Below, piece after piece: positions 1 to 14,207 of a DNA stretch of 64,000 bases. Source of the DNA: Eledone cirrhosa (lineage: Eukaryota); NCBI GenBank assembly GCA_964016885.1, contig OZ024745.1, forward strand, positions 97,154,001-97,218,000, given 5' to 3'. How positions within the stretch are numbered: position 1 is the first letter of the stretch; each line of letters starts with the position of its first letter. A program made the translations under genes and the position numbers. The notes below the pieces were generated by a model that worked only from the letters and a program-made list of their open reading frames with translations, searched no databases and was not told where the DNA came from.

Positions 1-411
1 TTGTTTTCATCGATGACGACTCTTTCGGGTATTTTCGAGATTCTCTCCGGCCTCATTTATAACAGAATCTCCAAATCAGTACCCGCCCACCTTTGTCGAA
101 TAGACTTTAGTATTGAAAGAATCATATTAGTTTCTGGCTCTGCGAAGCCAGCCAAGATCCACCAGATATTAATGTTTGGGGGTATATTTATAGTTTGCAA
201 AATTTGATATTTTAAAACAATTTTTTAATTAAATGTTCGCCCCTAAAGGGGCGAAAAATGGGATTACTACCCAGCTGACAATTCAGCTTGGAGGTTAATC
301 TACAAAATAATATGTTTTTTCAAACAATTTGTTCTGTTTTTCGTATATAAATTTACAAAAAATTTACAAAAGAGATAGATAGATAGATAAATAGATAGAT
401 AGATAGATAGA

Positions 412-2990
412 TATCTTTCTTTATTTGCCACAGGGGCGTACAAAAATGGGACATTACAAGACGGGGGTTTTACATAAAAATCATATAATTTTAACATTAA
501 TAAATAACAATAAACTATATATAATAAAATAACAATTGAAATCCCCAATAGGCGGAACGTTACTGCAGGGTTGTTTTACACCTCGTGTATAGAACAACCC
601 TCAACACCAGGAACACGTTTTGTAGGTGTTCCCGTCTTCCCTCTGTTTATCTTCCTCAATCTACAGCTTTATATACAGAGAAGGCCCATTCACTCGGGCT
701 ATTTTCGCCACATTCACCCACCTTTCAGCGAATTTATTGAGGTGTAGCACCTCTCTCTCCACTCTCACCTTCCTTCTGAAGTGATACTTAAAGAAGGGGA
801 TAAGTTGTTGTCCGGAGAGAAAGGTGTTTGCCCTCAGTCCTTTTAACCTCGTCCACCATATTATCTCTTTGGCCATAGCCACCATACAGAGAAAAACCGC
901 CTCTCCCTCATTCTTAAATGAAGGCGGCCGGTTGATCCTCACGATGGACTCAGCTGACAACTGGATCCGTCCCACACGTGACAGTAGCTGTTAGACATAA
1001 TTCCACAGGTCGGTCACTCCTGGGCACTGAACAATTGCGTGCAGAACGGTTTCGATGTCCTGCTCGCATCTTGGACAGGTCCTTTTGGCAGGATCTCGAA
1101 GTGGTAGATCTCGAACTGGTAGCTCCTCGGTAGCACTGCCAGGCCAGAGACCTCTGGAAGTTATCCATAGGCCCTGGACCCCGAGAACGTCGTAGTACTT
1201 ATCCTCCACTAATCCCCTATAAAATGTCGAAGTGGAGTCTCCGCTGATTGCCGTTTACGCTTGGTAGAGGGGTGTGAGCGCCTGTTTCTTCCAGAGGAAC
1301 CTGAAGAGTAGGCGTTCCATGTGCCGAGTTGCAAACCGACAGACTTGTTTGGGTTTAGTCTTGCTCCTGTCAACGTTTCGTATTCCTGTAATAGGTTGCC
1401 GATTACTCTTATTTCCGAGGTTTTCGACACCATTACGGTTATTCCGTCGGCATAGGCCGACGCTGCTTTACGCAGTCCCGGTTCGATCGGGATACATCTT
1501 TTCTGATCAGCGTTACTACGCCTCTGCCTACAGAACTGGGAATCCTCCCGTTCTGCTGACAGTTGCAGTAGATCGCTTCGAGGATGCCAGAGAACAAGTC
1601 TGGCATACCTATGTAAAGCTCATAGGGTAGACCATCTAAACCGGGTAATTTGCGTTTCCCGCAGCGGTCTAGGGCATCTTCTATTTCGCTCGCTGTGATC
1701 GGTCTTTCGCAGCTCTCTGCATCCGTGCTCGAGAGTCGTGGTACGCCGTCGAGGTAGGAACTGAAGTCCTTCACATCGCTCGACGTACCGCTTTGCCCGA
1801 ACAGTTGTGAAAAATGCTGCTGGAAGGCCGCTTGGATTCAAGTAGAATGTGTCCATCTTTGTCTTGTAAAGACCGAATTGTGGATTTGTTGCCACTTTTC
1901 GCCTCTGCCACTCGGGCCCAGCTAACAACTTTGGCCACCTCGTTTCTTCGAGCACGTGTTCTACTTCTGACAATACAACATTCGTGTTTCAAGTTGAAGA
2001 ACTGGCCTAGTGCTGTTCTCGCCGCTAGCACGTCAGCTGTACTGCCATTCCTAAGTGCCTCTTCTATTTTAGCTACCAGTTCCTCTTCAGTTTTTTTTCT
2101 AAAGCTACTTCCTTGCTAAATGCTATCGATTCTATTCTAATTGCTCTCTTGAAAGAGCTTCACTATTTGTTGTTGACGATGACCCCGTCAACTGACTCTT
2201 AACTAAGAAGCCAATCCGTTTACTGTAGGCCTTACGCACCGAGAGCGACATGTTTAGCTTCCAGTATCCGGGTCCTTGTCTCTGTATTCTATCAAGGTTG
2301 ACTATGCAGGTGACTAATTTGTGGTCTGAATAGGCAACCATGTGCATTTGTGGACAGCTTAATGTTTCCTTATCATTCTGTCTAATTAAAAATCTATCTA
2401 AATACGATCTAGAATACCCAGGGCGGTTGCTCCACGTCCATAGTGGTGCACTTAGGAAGTCTAGTCGATATCTTTCAGCCAGTTTGAATTGGCTGATGAG
2501 ATTGTTGAGGCTATTACACCCCACCCCCCTCTATTATCACAAGCTCCTACATAGTCCCAACGTGCATCTAAGATGCCATTCCAGTCCCCCGCTAACACTA
2601 AGGAGCGAGGCGTTCCCAGGAATGGCTCCAGACGCTTGAAGAACTCTGGTCGCGATGTCCAAGTCGGGGCATATACGACCACTAGTCTGAAAGTTCCACC
2701 TTCACTACCATTCACGTCCAGGATCACCAAGCTGCCCTCCGAGTCCAAGTGAATCGTCAGTGCTTTGAGATCCAATTTTTTTCGAAACAGAACAGCAACT
2801 CCCCTCCCCCGTCACCCCCTGGCTGACAGAGAGATGCGTTGATCTCAAAGTCATCGAACATGGGGGTTAGCTGCTTCTTGGACTCGGTGATGGCTATCAC
2901 ATCTATACAATGTGACCTGAGATCATTTAAAAGCTGGCCGTTTCCAGGGCATGCCCCTGCCACGTACATTCAAACATCCAACTTGTATAG
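412..2990 (-). mobile_element. Decayed L1/Tx1-like non-LTR retrotransposon (ORF2: APE endonuclease, RT, C-terminal Cys motif)
   Basis: Frameshifted minus-strand ORF pieces in LINE order: DVIAITES (2757-2969), VVVYAP/LAGDWN (2461-2775), SYLDRFL/SDHKLV/GYWKLN (2132-2524), PGLDGLPYELY (1439-1774), CPRCEQDIETVLHAIVQCP (991-1209). The 3' end abuts a (TATC)n tract at 375-411. Confidence 0.9.
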
Positions 2991-3525
2991 TCGCCATGTT
3001 GGTGAAGAAGAGTTAGGGAGAGAAAAGGCAGGAACACTTACCTTTTCGTTTCCTGGAGGTCGGGTTGTTCGATCTCCATGTCCAGATTGAGGGTGTTTGG
3101 GGAGGGAGGGAATCCTTTTAGCAGGACACGGTTAAGGGGTTTTTGGCAAGGGAGGCCCACATCATGTGGGAAGGTCCCTTTCAATGTTTCATGTTGTAGG
3201 GTTGTTACCCTGATCAGTTTGAGGTTTGGGGGTGGGTCGTTGGTGGGGAAGGTTTTCCCTTCCGTTTGGATAGTAGGAACCTTTCGAACAGTTTCTACTA
3301 GTTCTTTGTTTGTTGTTTTTATGTATGTGTAATGTGTTTTGTTTTTTATGTGTGCTGTTTCTGTTTGTAGTTTTCTTTCTGTGGTTGGGGTTTGTGATTT
3401 TGTTGGTGTGGGTGTTTGGTTGTGTTGGTGTTGATTGTGTTGTTGGTGTGTTTGTCGTTTGTGGCGGTATGCTTATGGTGGGGTTGGGTGTGTGCGACAT
3501 AGATAGATAGATAAATAGATAGATA

Positions 3526-3593
3526 GATTTCTTCATTTGCCACAACTGCGTGCAAAAATGGGACATTACAAGACGTGACGGCAGAGATTTTAC
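3526..3593 (-). mobile_element. Very short 3'-end fragment of the same Tx1-like LINE
   Basis: Matches 414-475 (atttgccaca...caaaaatgggacattacaagacg), with (GATA)n on both sides. Confidence 0.7.
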
Positions 3594-4191
3594 ATAGATA
3601 GATAGATAGACAAAGACAGAAAGAGAGACAGACATATAGTCAGACAGACAATGAAACAGACAAACAGATAGACAGTCAAACAAGTCGGCACATAACGTGA
3701 GATTCAGACAGACAGAGATAGACAGACCGACATACAGTCAGAACAGGCAGGCAGACTGTCATTCAGACAGACAGACAGTCAGACAGATCGCCAGACAAAC
3801 AGACTGTCAGTCAGACAGACTGGCACATACGTAGGATAGAGAAATAGACAAAGAGAATGACAAGGACAGAATATTATGGAAGAAAAACAAAGACAATAAA
3901 AACTAGGTAAAAGTGAAAATTATGTGTTGAAAAAGAGAATAATAATCAAGATTGTAGAGTGGTTAGGGTTTGGATTGAGAATCTGGGAAGCTGTTGTAGT
4001 CTGGTAAAAGACGGCGAGGGCGGGGAACATTTTATAGCTTAGGGAATCACTCGGAAATCCAAATTGCGGAAACGTGATCTTTTATTTCTAATTCTTTTAC
4101 CCTGGCATCCAATAAAAAGGTACTTGAAAAATAAATGTCCTTCCCAACACACAAACACAGACATAGAGATATGAAAACAGACACACCCACA

Positions 4192-4261
<70 letters not shown>

Positions 4262-4278
4262 TGAAAATAGACACACCC

Positions 4279-4309
<31 letters not shown>

Positions 4310-4401
4310 TAGAGAATGAAAACAGGCACACCCACAGACACACACACACACGCGCGCACAGACACACATACACTGAAACACACACACAGGCAAGCGCATA
4401 G

Positions 4402-4457
<56 letters not shown>

Positions 4458-4619
4458 GCACAGACACACATACACTGAAACACACACAGAGACAGACGCA
4501 TAGACACACACACACACAGACACACATATGTATAGACACAGAAGCACACGTACAGACACACAGGCAGCACACTGACAGAGAGAGACGCACACAGATGTAC
4601 ACACACGCACTCACACACA

Positions 4620-5095
4620 CAGACAATCATATATCTACACACATAGGTATACACACACACACACACACACACAGACAGTCATATATCTACACACATAGGT
4701 ATACACACACACACACACAGACAGTCATATATCTACACACATAGGTATACACACACACACACACACACAGTCATATATCTACACACATAGGTATACACAC
4801 ACACACAGACAGTCATATATCTACACACATAGGTATACACACACACACACACACACAGACAGTCATATATCTACACACATAGGTATACACACACACAGAC
4901 ACACACACAGACAGTCATATATCTACACACATAGGTATACACACACACACACACACACACACAGACAGTCATATATCTACACACATAGGTATACACACAC
5001 ACAGACACACACACAGACAGTTATATATCTACACACATAGGTATACACACATAGGTATACACACACACAGACAGTCATATATCTACACACATAGG

Positions 5096-5135
<40 letters not shown>

Positions 5136-5261
5136 GTTATATATCTACACACATAGGTATACACACACACACACACACACACAGACAGTCATATATCTAC
5201 ACACATAGGTATATACACACACACACACACACACAGACAGTCATATATCTACACACATAGG

Positions 5262-5295
<34 letters not shown>

Positions 5296-5417
5296 CATAT
5301 ATCTACACACATAGGTATACACACACACAGACACACACACAGACAGTTATATATCTACACACATAGGTATATACACACACACACACACACAGACAGTCAT
5401 AAATCTACACACATAGG

Positions 5418-5455
<38 letters not shown>

Positions 5456-5655
5456 CATATATCTACACACATAGGTATACACACACAGACACACACACAG
5501 ACAGTCATATATCTACACACATAGGTATACACACACACACAGTCATATATCTACACACATAGGTATACACACACACACACACAGACAGTCATATATCTAC
5601 ACACATAGGTATACACACACACACACACAGACAGTCATATATCTACACACATAGG

Positions 5656-5699
<44 letters not shown>

Positions 5700-5960
5700 G
5701 TCATATATCTACACACATAGGTATACACACAGACACACACACACACACACACACAGACAGTCATATATCTACACACATAGGTATACAGACACACACACAC
5801 ACAGACAGTCATATATCTACACACATAGGTATACACACAGACACACACACACACACACACACATAGTTATATATCTACACACATAGGTATACACACACAC
5901 ACACACACTCACACACACACACAGACAGTTATATATCTACACACATACGTATACACACAG
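4620..5960. repeat. Compound minisatellite: CAGACAGTCATATATCTACACACATAGGTATA plus variable (CA)n
   Basis: More than 20 near-identical units separated by (CA)n of variable length. Confidence 0.95.
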
Positions 5961-5971
5961 AAGCACACACA

Positions 5972-6025
<54 letters not shown>

Positions 6026-6325
6026 CACACATACAGACATGTACACACTGGCACACACACATACAGACACACACGTATAGATGCACTCACAGATACACAG
6101 ACACACACTCACACACCACCAGCACTAAACAATATAATTATTATTATACGATTCATCATCATCATCAACAGCAACAACAATACAAACAATAAAATTTACC
6201 TTAAATTCTGGTGAAAATTATAAAAGCGTAACTGGAAATTATAGTGAAACATAAATCACTTGATTTTATCTCCCCCACTTACTCTCACTCATGATGCCCC
6301 CCTCTACATATATATATATATATAT

Positions 6326-6583
6326 AGGAGTAAGTAAGACCCCGACGGCTGAGCTCAAGCCGTTTCGACGGCTAATTCTGAGTAGCTCCCGACTCACCCT
6401 TCGACGTCAGCATGGGCGCTACGGACTCGGCGGAGGTCTTTAAAAATAGACAGAATTAGCCGTCGAAACGGCCTGAGCTCAGCCGTCGGGGTCTTACTTA
6501 CTCCTATTACCCACTCTACTACCTAAGTATTGAGTACTTTGGTGCGTTATGGTCCACCTGGTTCCTTACCTCTTTTCCTTCGC
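6326..6583 (+). mobile_element. Short fold-back insertion (HHR/pLTR family H) in (TA)n
   Basis: Inverted arm ~6326-6379 pairs with ~6452-6505, followed by the family tail (cctattacccactctactacc...gagtactttggtgcgttatggtccacctggttccttacc). TA repeats on both sides. Contains the 3' half of an HHR (GAAA-stem III-GTC-GGGGT). Confidence 0.85.
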
Positions 6584-6618
<35 letters not shown>

Positions 6619-6871
6619 GGGGGAGGCACACATATATACACACACACAAGTTTGTGTGCACTTGTGTTTCGATGTGCAAATGGCAGAATCAAAAATACAT
6701 GGATAGAGTGATATATATATATATTTGATTAGAGCCGTGAAGCTATAATAAAATTGCTTCAAGGCACTGATGTAGCTTCACAGTTAAATATACATAAACA
6801 CATGCACTCATATACTCACACGTATAGCTGAAAAAAAAAAAAAAATGTATACACATATGTCTATATATATG

Positions 6872-6969
<98 letters not shown>

Positions 6970-7284
6970 TGTGTATATGTGTGTGTGTATACACACATAT
7001 GTGTGTGTGTTTGTGTGTAAGTATGTGTTTCTAGTTTCTATGTATTGGGTCGTTAAGTATGAAATTTGTAGAAATTTATTTAAAAAGGGGAAAATTTCTA
7101 CAAATTCCATACTTGACGACCCAATGTGTATGTATATGAATTTTAATTACTAAAATTGGCGTTCTCTCAAAATTAAATTAATTACCATATTTTATTATTT
7201 GGTTTAATTAGTTTCGATTTCTTTTTCAATATATTGAAATTAAATTCCAAAACTTGAATTCATCAGATTTTAAATGTGTCAACT

Positions 7285-8430
7285 AATTTAGTCATCACTA
7301 ATGTAAAATATAATAATTTAGTTATCATTAATGTAAAATATAGATTTAGTCATCACTAATGTGAAATATAATAATTTAGTCATCACTAATGTAAAATATA
7401 ATAATTTAGTTATCATTAATGTAAAATATAGATTTAGTCATCACTAATGTGAAATATAATAATTTAGTCATCACTAATGTAAAATATAATAATTTAGTTA
7501 TCATTAATGTAAAATATAGATTTAGTCATCGATAATGTAAAATATAAGTTAGTCATCACTAATGTAAAATATAATAATTTAGTTATCATTAATGTAAAAT
7601 ATAGATTTAGTCATCACTAATATAAAATATAATAATTTAGTTATCATTAATGTAAAATATAGATTTAGTCATCACTAATGTAAAATATAATAATTTAGTC
7701 ATCACTAATGTAAAATATAGATTTAGTCATCACTAATGTGAAATATTATAGATTAGTCATCACCAATGTAAAATATAATAATTTAGTCATTACCAATGTA
7801 AAATATAATAATTTAGTCATCACCAATGTAAAATATAATATTAGTCATCACCAATGTACGATATAATAATTTAGCCATCACCGATGTAAAATATAGATTT
7901 AGTCATCACTAATGTAAAATATAGATTAGTCATCACCAATGTAAAATATAATAATTTAGTCATCACTAATGTAAAATATAATAATTTAGTTATCATTAAT
8001 GTAAAATATAGATTTAGTCATCGATAATGTAAAATATAAGTTAGTCATCACTAATGTAAAATATAATAATTTAGTTATCATTAATGTAAAATATAGATTT
8101 AGTCATCACTAATATAAAATATAATAATTTAGTTATCATTAATGTAAAATATAGATTTAGTCATCACTAATGTAAAATATAATAATTTAGTCATCACTAA
8201 TGTAAAATATAGATTTAGTCATCACTAATGTAAAATACAGATTAGTCATCACCAATGTAAAATATAATAATTTAGTCATCACCAATGTAAAATATAATAA
8301 TTTAGTCATCACTAATGTAAAATATAATAATTTAGTCATCACTAATGTAAAATATATAATAGATTAGTCATCACTAATGTAAAATATACTTTAGTTATCA
8401 CCAACGTAAAATATAATTTAGTCATCACCA
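7285..8430. repeat. AT-rich ~27-30 bp minisatellite (ATTTAGTCATCACTAATGTAAAATATA[ATA/G])
   Basis: About 40 tandem units with alternating variants. Confidence 0.95.
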
Positions 8431-8527
8431 ATTTAAACTAATCAACACATCAGTAATTGCTATAAAATATCCCATTGTTCTTTAGAGTTGTGTTTAGTTT
8501 CAATCATATATTCTATTGAATCTAAAC

Positions 8528-9630
8528 TATAATAAAGAAAGGGGCGCGGGACTGCGTCCAGAATATTTTTTTTATCCCGTTTGTAAAATAAGTTGGATTA
8601 CTCTGAATAAATAATGAATGCATATTACATAATTTATCTACTAAATTTCGTTATTAAATATAAATAATTTTGTCGCTTATTTTAAGATTCCCTTCTTTAA
8701 AATGTTCAAATGTCAATACTTCCGGTTAGCGATCGCTTAAATAAACAGTCATATGTTTCCGTCAATGGATTACGTTACTGATTACATAAGACAGTGTAAC
8801 GCAGTCTTCGTTCAATTTCTGTGTATATTGTCAATTACGATTTTATTTGATGTATCATATCTACATGTATATATACTTGCGTATAATATCAATATACACA
8901 CTACACAGACTAGCAGAAAACCACCCGAGAGGTGGTTTTTATGCTAGTATATCTTTAATGTTTTAATCCACTCAGTATATATAACTAGATGTAAACATCG
9001 GGTATTTATAAGCAATTTCATACGAAAAAGATAGTTTCTGAAAATCTTCTTGGAAAATGTGACGGCGATAAATTTGTTTTTGATATTCTATCTTTAACTG
9101 TTGGTCAATCAATGATAAATATTGATTGCCAGCTGAATTAATTATAGAAACCAGCAGAAAAACCATCCGAAGGGTTGTTTTTCTGCTAGCATGTGTAGTG
9201 TGCATATTGATATTATACGCAAATATATATACATATAGATATGATACATCAAATGAAATCGTAATTGACAATATCCACAGAAATTGAACAAAGTCTGTGT
9301 TACACTCTCTTATCAGTAAAGTAATCCATGATACATTAAAAAAAGACGATATTATATATAAACTGCATTAGGAAAAAAATGAGTGACGGAAATATATGAA
9401 TGTTTATTTAAGCGATCGCTAACCGGAAGTGTTGACATTTGAAAATTTTGAAGAAGTGAATCTTAACATAAGCAACAAAATTATTTATATTTAATCAAGA
9501 ATTTCAAAATTTAGAAGATAAATTATGTAATATTCATTCATTATCTATTCAAAGTAATGCAACTTATTTTACAAATGGGATAAAAAAAAATATATTCTGG
9601 ACGCAGTCCCGCACTCCTTTCTTTATTATA
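8528..9630. mobile_element. Fold-back / MITE-like element with ~420-480 bp imperfect terminal inverted repeats
   Basis: tataataaagaaagg..gcgggactgcgtccagaatat at 8528 is the reverse complement of the end at 9630. Arms ~8528-8950 and ~9150-9630 share cttccggttagcgatcgcttaaataaaca. No coding capacity. Confidence 0.8.
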
Positions 9631-10006
9631 TAATTTATTATATAATTTATTATATAATTTATTATATAATTTATTATATAATTTATTATATAAAATATAC
9701 TGAAGCAAAAACTAACCCAAATCAAACAGTGAGCGTATTTTACTCTATATTTCTGGCAATATTATAACAACATGATCCCCCCAAATATAATAATATTCTT
9801 AGAAATTATTATAGTACAAAAGTTGAGATATAATTCAAATTTTCAAAAATAATTTGGATGGGGGATTCTACTAAACTTTGAATGTTTGGAAACATAATTT
9901 TGTAAAACTTTCAAACTTCCAAATGTGAATTCTGTATATTTTTTATCGTGTCTTTGATAGTATATTTTGAAAATTTGATATTTTTTTCTTTCATCTTGTG
10001 GGGTGT

Positions 10007-10107
<101 letters not shown>

Positions 10108-10306
10108 GTTGTAGATACACGAATTCATTTTACAAACGTACATACATTGAAACATGTGCTTCCACAGCCACACACACATATGTGTGTATACACAAGTATA
10201 TGAGTACCATATATTTAGAATTGTGTTCTTCAGATCTATAATTCGTTATGTAATATCTACACATTTGCTAATAATATCTAATGTCATATTAGATATTATT
10301 AGCATG

Positions 10307-10497
10307 GGCGGTGTATTGGCAGTATCGGTAGAGGGTCGGACGCCATGCTTTGCAGCAAAGAGTTACGGCCCTTTATGGTCTGAGTTCAAATCCCACCGAT
10401 GGTTAACTTTGCCTTTCATCCTTACGGGGTCGATAAAGTAAAGTACCAGTAATACAATGGGATAATTGCTGGCCTTGTGCCATAAAGTAGAAACAAT
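10307..10497 (+). mobile_element. tRNA-derived SINE (family S1)
   Basis: A-box-like tggcagtatcgg, B-box gagttcaaatcc, body ctttgcctttcatccttacggggtcgataa. Four further copies in the window. aatatctaatgtcatat occurs at ~10273 and ~10495 (possible TSD). Confidence 0.85.
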
Positions 10498-10588
10498 ATC
10501 TAATGTCATATATTTGTTACTCAATTGCTTTCTTTGTTGATTCTTTGTTGTTCTATAATTGAATCTGAATATGTTTTTTATATAGTGA

Positions 10589-10705
10589 AGGCACGTGGTT
10601 TAGTGGTTACAGATTTAGATTCGCAATCGTGAAGTTGCGAGTTCAATTCTCAGACCGGGTGATGCGTTATGTCATTGAGCAAGACACTTTATTTCACGTT
10701 GCTCC
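10589..10705 (+). mobile_element. tRNA-derived SINE (family S2), partial
   Basis: gtggtttagtggtta (A box), gagttcaattc (B box), then CORE-like tgagcaagacactt. Related fragment at ~55830-55880. Confidence 0.7.
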
Positions 10706-10906
10706 GTCTGCCATGAGTTGCGAACGGTAGGTAGTATCAGCAATGGAAAGACCAATGACCAATAGGAACATTGTTTCCTTGGTCTGATTTGATAAGGTCC
10801 ATCCCACTCGGCAAGCGAATGAGGTCTGGGATCTTGTCGATCGATCAGAGAGAGAGAGCGATATATTTTATGCTAACATTCAAGCAGAATAGTATTTCTA
10901 TTGCAG

Positions 10907-11106
10907 GTTTCATCACGATGGTGTTCATTAGCCAACAGCAATGAAGTCTGGAAAGCTAAATATCATGAATCATTCATTAGTCTACCAAAACATCTTGATG
11001 AACTATATCTTAGCTGGAAAGAAATATACCGACAAGCGTTTAAATTGCAATTAAACTGGACAAATGGATGTGCCGAGATATTGAAATTGCGTGGGCATGA
11101 AAACAG
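10907..11106 (+). CDS. Internal exon of an F-box/WD40-repeat (FBXW-type) protein gene
   Basis: Acceptor tttctattgcag| and donor |gtgcgt flank a 200-bp open exon: VSSRWCSLANSNEVWK (F-box C-terminus), SWKEIY...LQLNWTNG (linker), LRGHEN (start of first WD40). No other exons recognised. Confidence 0.85.
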
Positions 11107-11485
11107 GTGCGTATAATTTTCTGTTTTCTTTTTTCCTCTGATTTCTAATTTGGGTAAACTGGTAGCAATTTCTATAGACGGGGAATGTTGATTAAATCGG
11201 CCTAGCACTTGGGTGGTACTTTATGTTTTCGACCCCTGAAGGATAAAAAGTAAAATAAACATTGATGATATTTGAACTCTGAACGTAAAGAGCCATAACT
11301 AAATGACACAAAGCATTTAGTTCGATGCTGCAACAGTCCTTATTCACCTGTCTGAATATAAATACTATAAGAGTTTAAGTTAGTTTTCTTTAATTATTTT
11401 ATAAAAAATATCATGCAAACTCAGAAAATAATTATTCAGCACTTTCTCCATCAAGATGTAGGTTCTAGTTTTTATATCAATTTTA

Positions 11486-11675
11486 GGCGGTGGATTAGCA
11501 GTATTGGTAGAGTGTCAGATACCATGCGTTGCAGCATAGAGTTATGGCCCTTTATGTTCTGAGGTCAAATCCCGCCGAGGTTAATTTTGCCTTTCATCCT
11601 TACGAGATCGATAAAATAAAGCACCAGTAATACACTGGGGTAATTGCTGGCCCTATTTCAAAACTAGAGAACACT
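11486..11675 (+). mobile_element. tRNA-derived SINE (family S1)
   Basis: Homologous to 10307-10497 over its full length. Confidence 0.85.
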
Positions 11676-12014
11676 ATTATGATCATCTGTTTCCTCTCAT
11701 CCAACAATTCCAGATATTTAAGTGCCAATCTTTTTATAAAGTTTACTTGACTGATTGTCTCTTTGGTTGTTCACTTTCGTACCTGAGAAACTACACAAAC
11801 TAAAAGTCAAAACTCCTTTTCATCAATAATTACTGAGTAAAATAAAAAATAAAAAATAACGTAAAATATAATAACATAAAAATTGTGCTTCATATTTTTA
11901 GTTTCAAAAATTCGCTATTTTTACAATTAAGTTGTACAAAAAATACCATACGCTAGAAATCCATTCACATACATAGTAAAACAATTTGTCCCTGATATTG
12001 ATAGCTGACATGGT

Positions 12015-12778
12015 CTTCTTCTTCTTCTTCTTCTTCTTCTTCTTCTTCTTCTTCTTCTTCTTCTTCTTCTTCTTCTTCTTCTTCTTCTTCTTCTTCTTCT
12101 TCTTCTTCTTCGCCCACTTATTCCTGATAGGGTCCTGTCAGAAGCAACCGTCGCCAACTGACCCGGCTAGATCCCCAAGCGTGACCAGCCAAGCCCATAG
12201 ATGTTATCCAACCATCTTGCTCAGGGTCTACCCCTGGGTCTCCTGCCAGTTGGTTTTGCCTGTAAAACCTGTCCATCGATTCTTTCCTGAGACATTCTAA
12301 CCACAATGCCCTGAGTATCGGAGATGCGATCTCTCAATTCGGAGAAGTAGCGTCTCTACATGGAGTGACTCTCTGATCTCCGGGTTACGCACTTCATCGA
12401 ATAACGTTACTCCGAAGACCCTTAGGAGAAATCCCATTTCGGCCGCTTGTATTCGCGATCGTATTCTTTCGGTCTGCGAAAACTGAGACACTCGTCCCCT
12501 CAAGGAAGCCTGCGCAGTGCACTCTAGAAGTGGATGTAGTTCCACTGAAACAGGTAAAGAAGTTCAAGTATCTTGGGTCCGTGTTCCTAAGTGATGGAAG
12601 GCAGGAGGCTGAACTAAGTGCAAGAATTGCAAAAGCTGGTGCAGCAATGTGCCAGCTCCAGCACTCAGTAAACAGAAGGGGAGTAGGTGTAAAAGCCAAA
12701 CTCACTATCTTCAATTCGGTTTTCTTGCCAACCTTTACTTACGGTCATGAATCTTTGGTAATGACCGAAAGAATACGA
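12015..12778 (-). mobile_element. 5'-truncated, 5'-inverted RTE-clade (Rex3/Expander-like) LINE with (GAA)n tail
   Basis: Minus strand: TERIRSRIQAAEMGFL...LLLRIERSHLR, then (GAA)n at 12015-12110. Plus strand 12530-12778: FKYLGSVFLSDG...KAKLTIFNSVFLPTFTYGHESLVMTERIR, which is the upstream part of the same ORF. Confidence 0.85.
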
Positions 12779-13416
12779 AAAAGAAAGAAAGGAAAAAATA
12801 GATGCCATAGTGAGCAACAACATATATACATTCAGACACTTCCCCCATATGTTAAGAAACATTTCCTTTTGCTATCCTCTACTAGCATGTGGATAGGTAT
12901 TGGATTAAATATTACTTCCAGTTACGTAAATGCGTGGGACAAAACTTTATTTGTTTTATTTTAAATTTATGTTAGCTTAAAATTAATTGCTTCAAAGCAG
13001 GTTTTTTTTTATTATGAAGAATGGTCGAACTTGTTGGGGATATAACACCAAGTGATATTTGTATGTCCAACCTGTTCGACTATTTTACATAGTAAGAAAG
13101 CTTCTTACTTTGCAACAGTTGACTTTACGCTACCATAAATTCATAATGTGCTCAACGCTTTGTTCGTAAAAATGTGATTGATTGAATGAAGCTGCAAAAG
13201 TTGGCTCAACTTATAATAGAAAAGAAATAGGATTTCTCGACTGTTTTCCAGTCCAGCAGCCGCAGAGCAGTGGGAGTCAAGCCTGAAATGCATAGACGGT
13301 TGTCCCCCTTGCTTCAGCTGGACAATACCAGAGGGCTTTAGTCCCCCCCCCTCCCTCCGGTTTTTGCATAGCTACGGCTTCCTAAAATCGTATTTCTTTC
13401 GAAATACGAAATTTCT

Positions 13417-13463
<47 letters not shown>

Positions 13464-13574
13464 TAATTTAATATATCAACTAACATAAGCGCACAGATGC
13501 ACGCCCATGCTAGCAAATACACAGGTTATGTCATAGTACCTAGGTGGTTCAATGCAGGAGAATGCAGAACAATA

Positions 13575-13886
13575 ATATAAAAGACGTAAAATAAGAAAAT
13601 ATTTTTTTTTTAAATTTTTAAAAATTTTTTTACTTACTTACTTAAATTTTCACTCCAACTAATTAGTTTCTGCAATGGGATAAAGACATTTACGTAATTC
13701 AACTGTCGAGAATTCATTGCGTCATCAGGGAGTCTATTCTCAGTTAAGTCTCCAGGCAATGCGCGGACACTGGCGGCTCATATAAAAATATCCCATTGCA
13801 GAAACTAATTAGTTGGAGTGAAAATTTAAGTAAGTAAGTAAAAAATTTTTTTTTAATTTTTTAAAAAAATATTTTCTTATTTTACG

Positions 13887-13892
<6 letters not shown>
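13575..13892. mobile_element. Fold-back insertion beside (TA)n with a degenerate HHR on the minus strand (~13655-13732)
   Basis: Arms ~13575-13682 and ~13789-13892 are reverse complements. Minus strand reads CTGATGA-cGCAATG...CATTGCa-GAAA-CTAA-TT. Confidence 0.65.
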
Positions 13893-13970
<78 letters not shown>

Positions 13971-14019
13971 ATACTCGGGGAGGGTCATATTGTTGTAATA
14001 ATATTGCCAGATATATATA

Positions 14020-14207
14020 AGTTTATCCCGGGTTCAATGGGGAGTAACCACAGTAAGTAAGGTACTCAATACATAGCAGAGTATAAATATTTAATATAGA
14101 AATGGTTTCTACAGGACTAGAACTGTTTCATTCGGGAAAAAATCATCAGGAAGCCGCTGATTATGATTTCTCCCGAATGAAACAGTTCTACTCCTGTAGA
14201 AGCCATT

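Noticed and set aside
4620-5960. CRISPR-like array of constant repeats with variable gaps
   Set aside because: The gaps are only (CA)n length variants. The context is eukaryotic and there are no cas genes.
10589-10662. Possible tRNA gene
   Set aside because: The cloverleaf pairs poorly and continues into a SINE body, so it is a SINE head.
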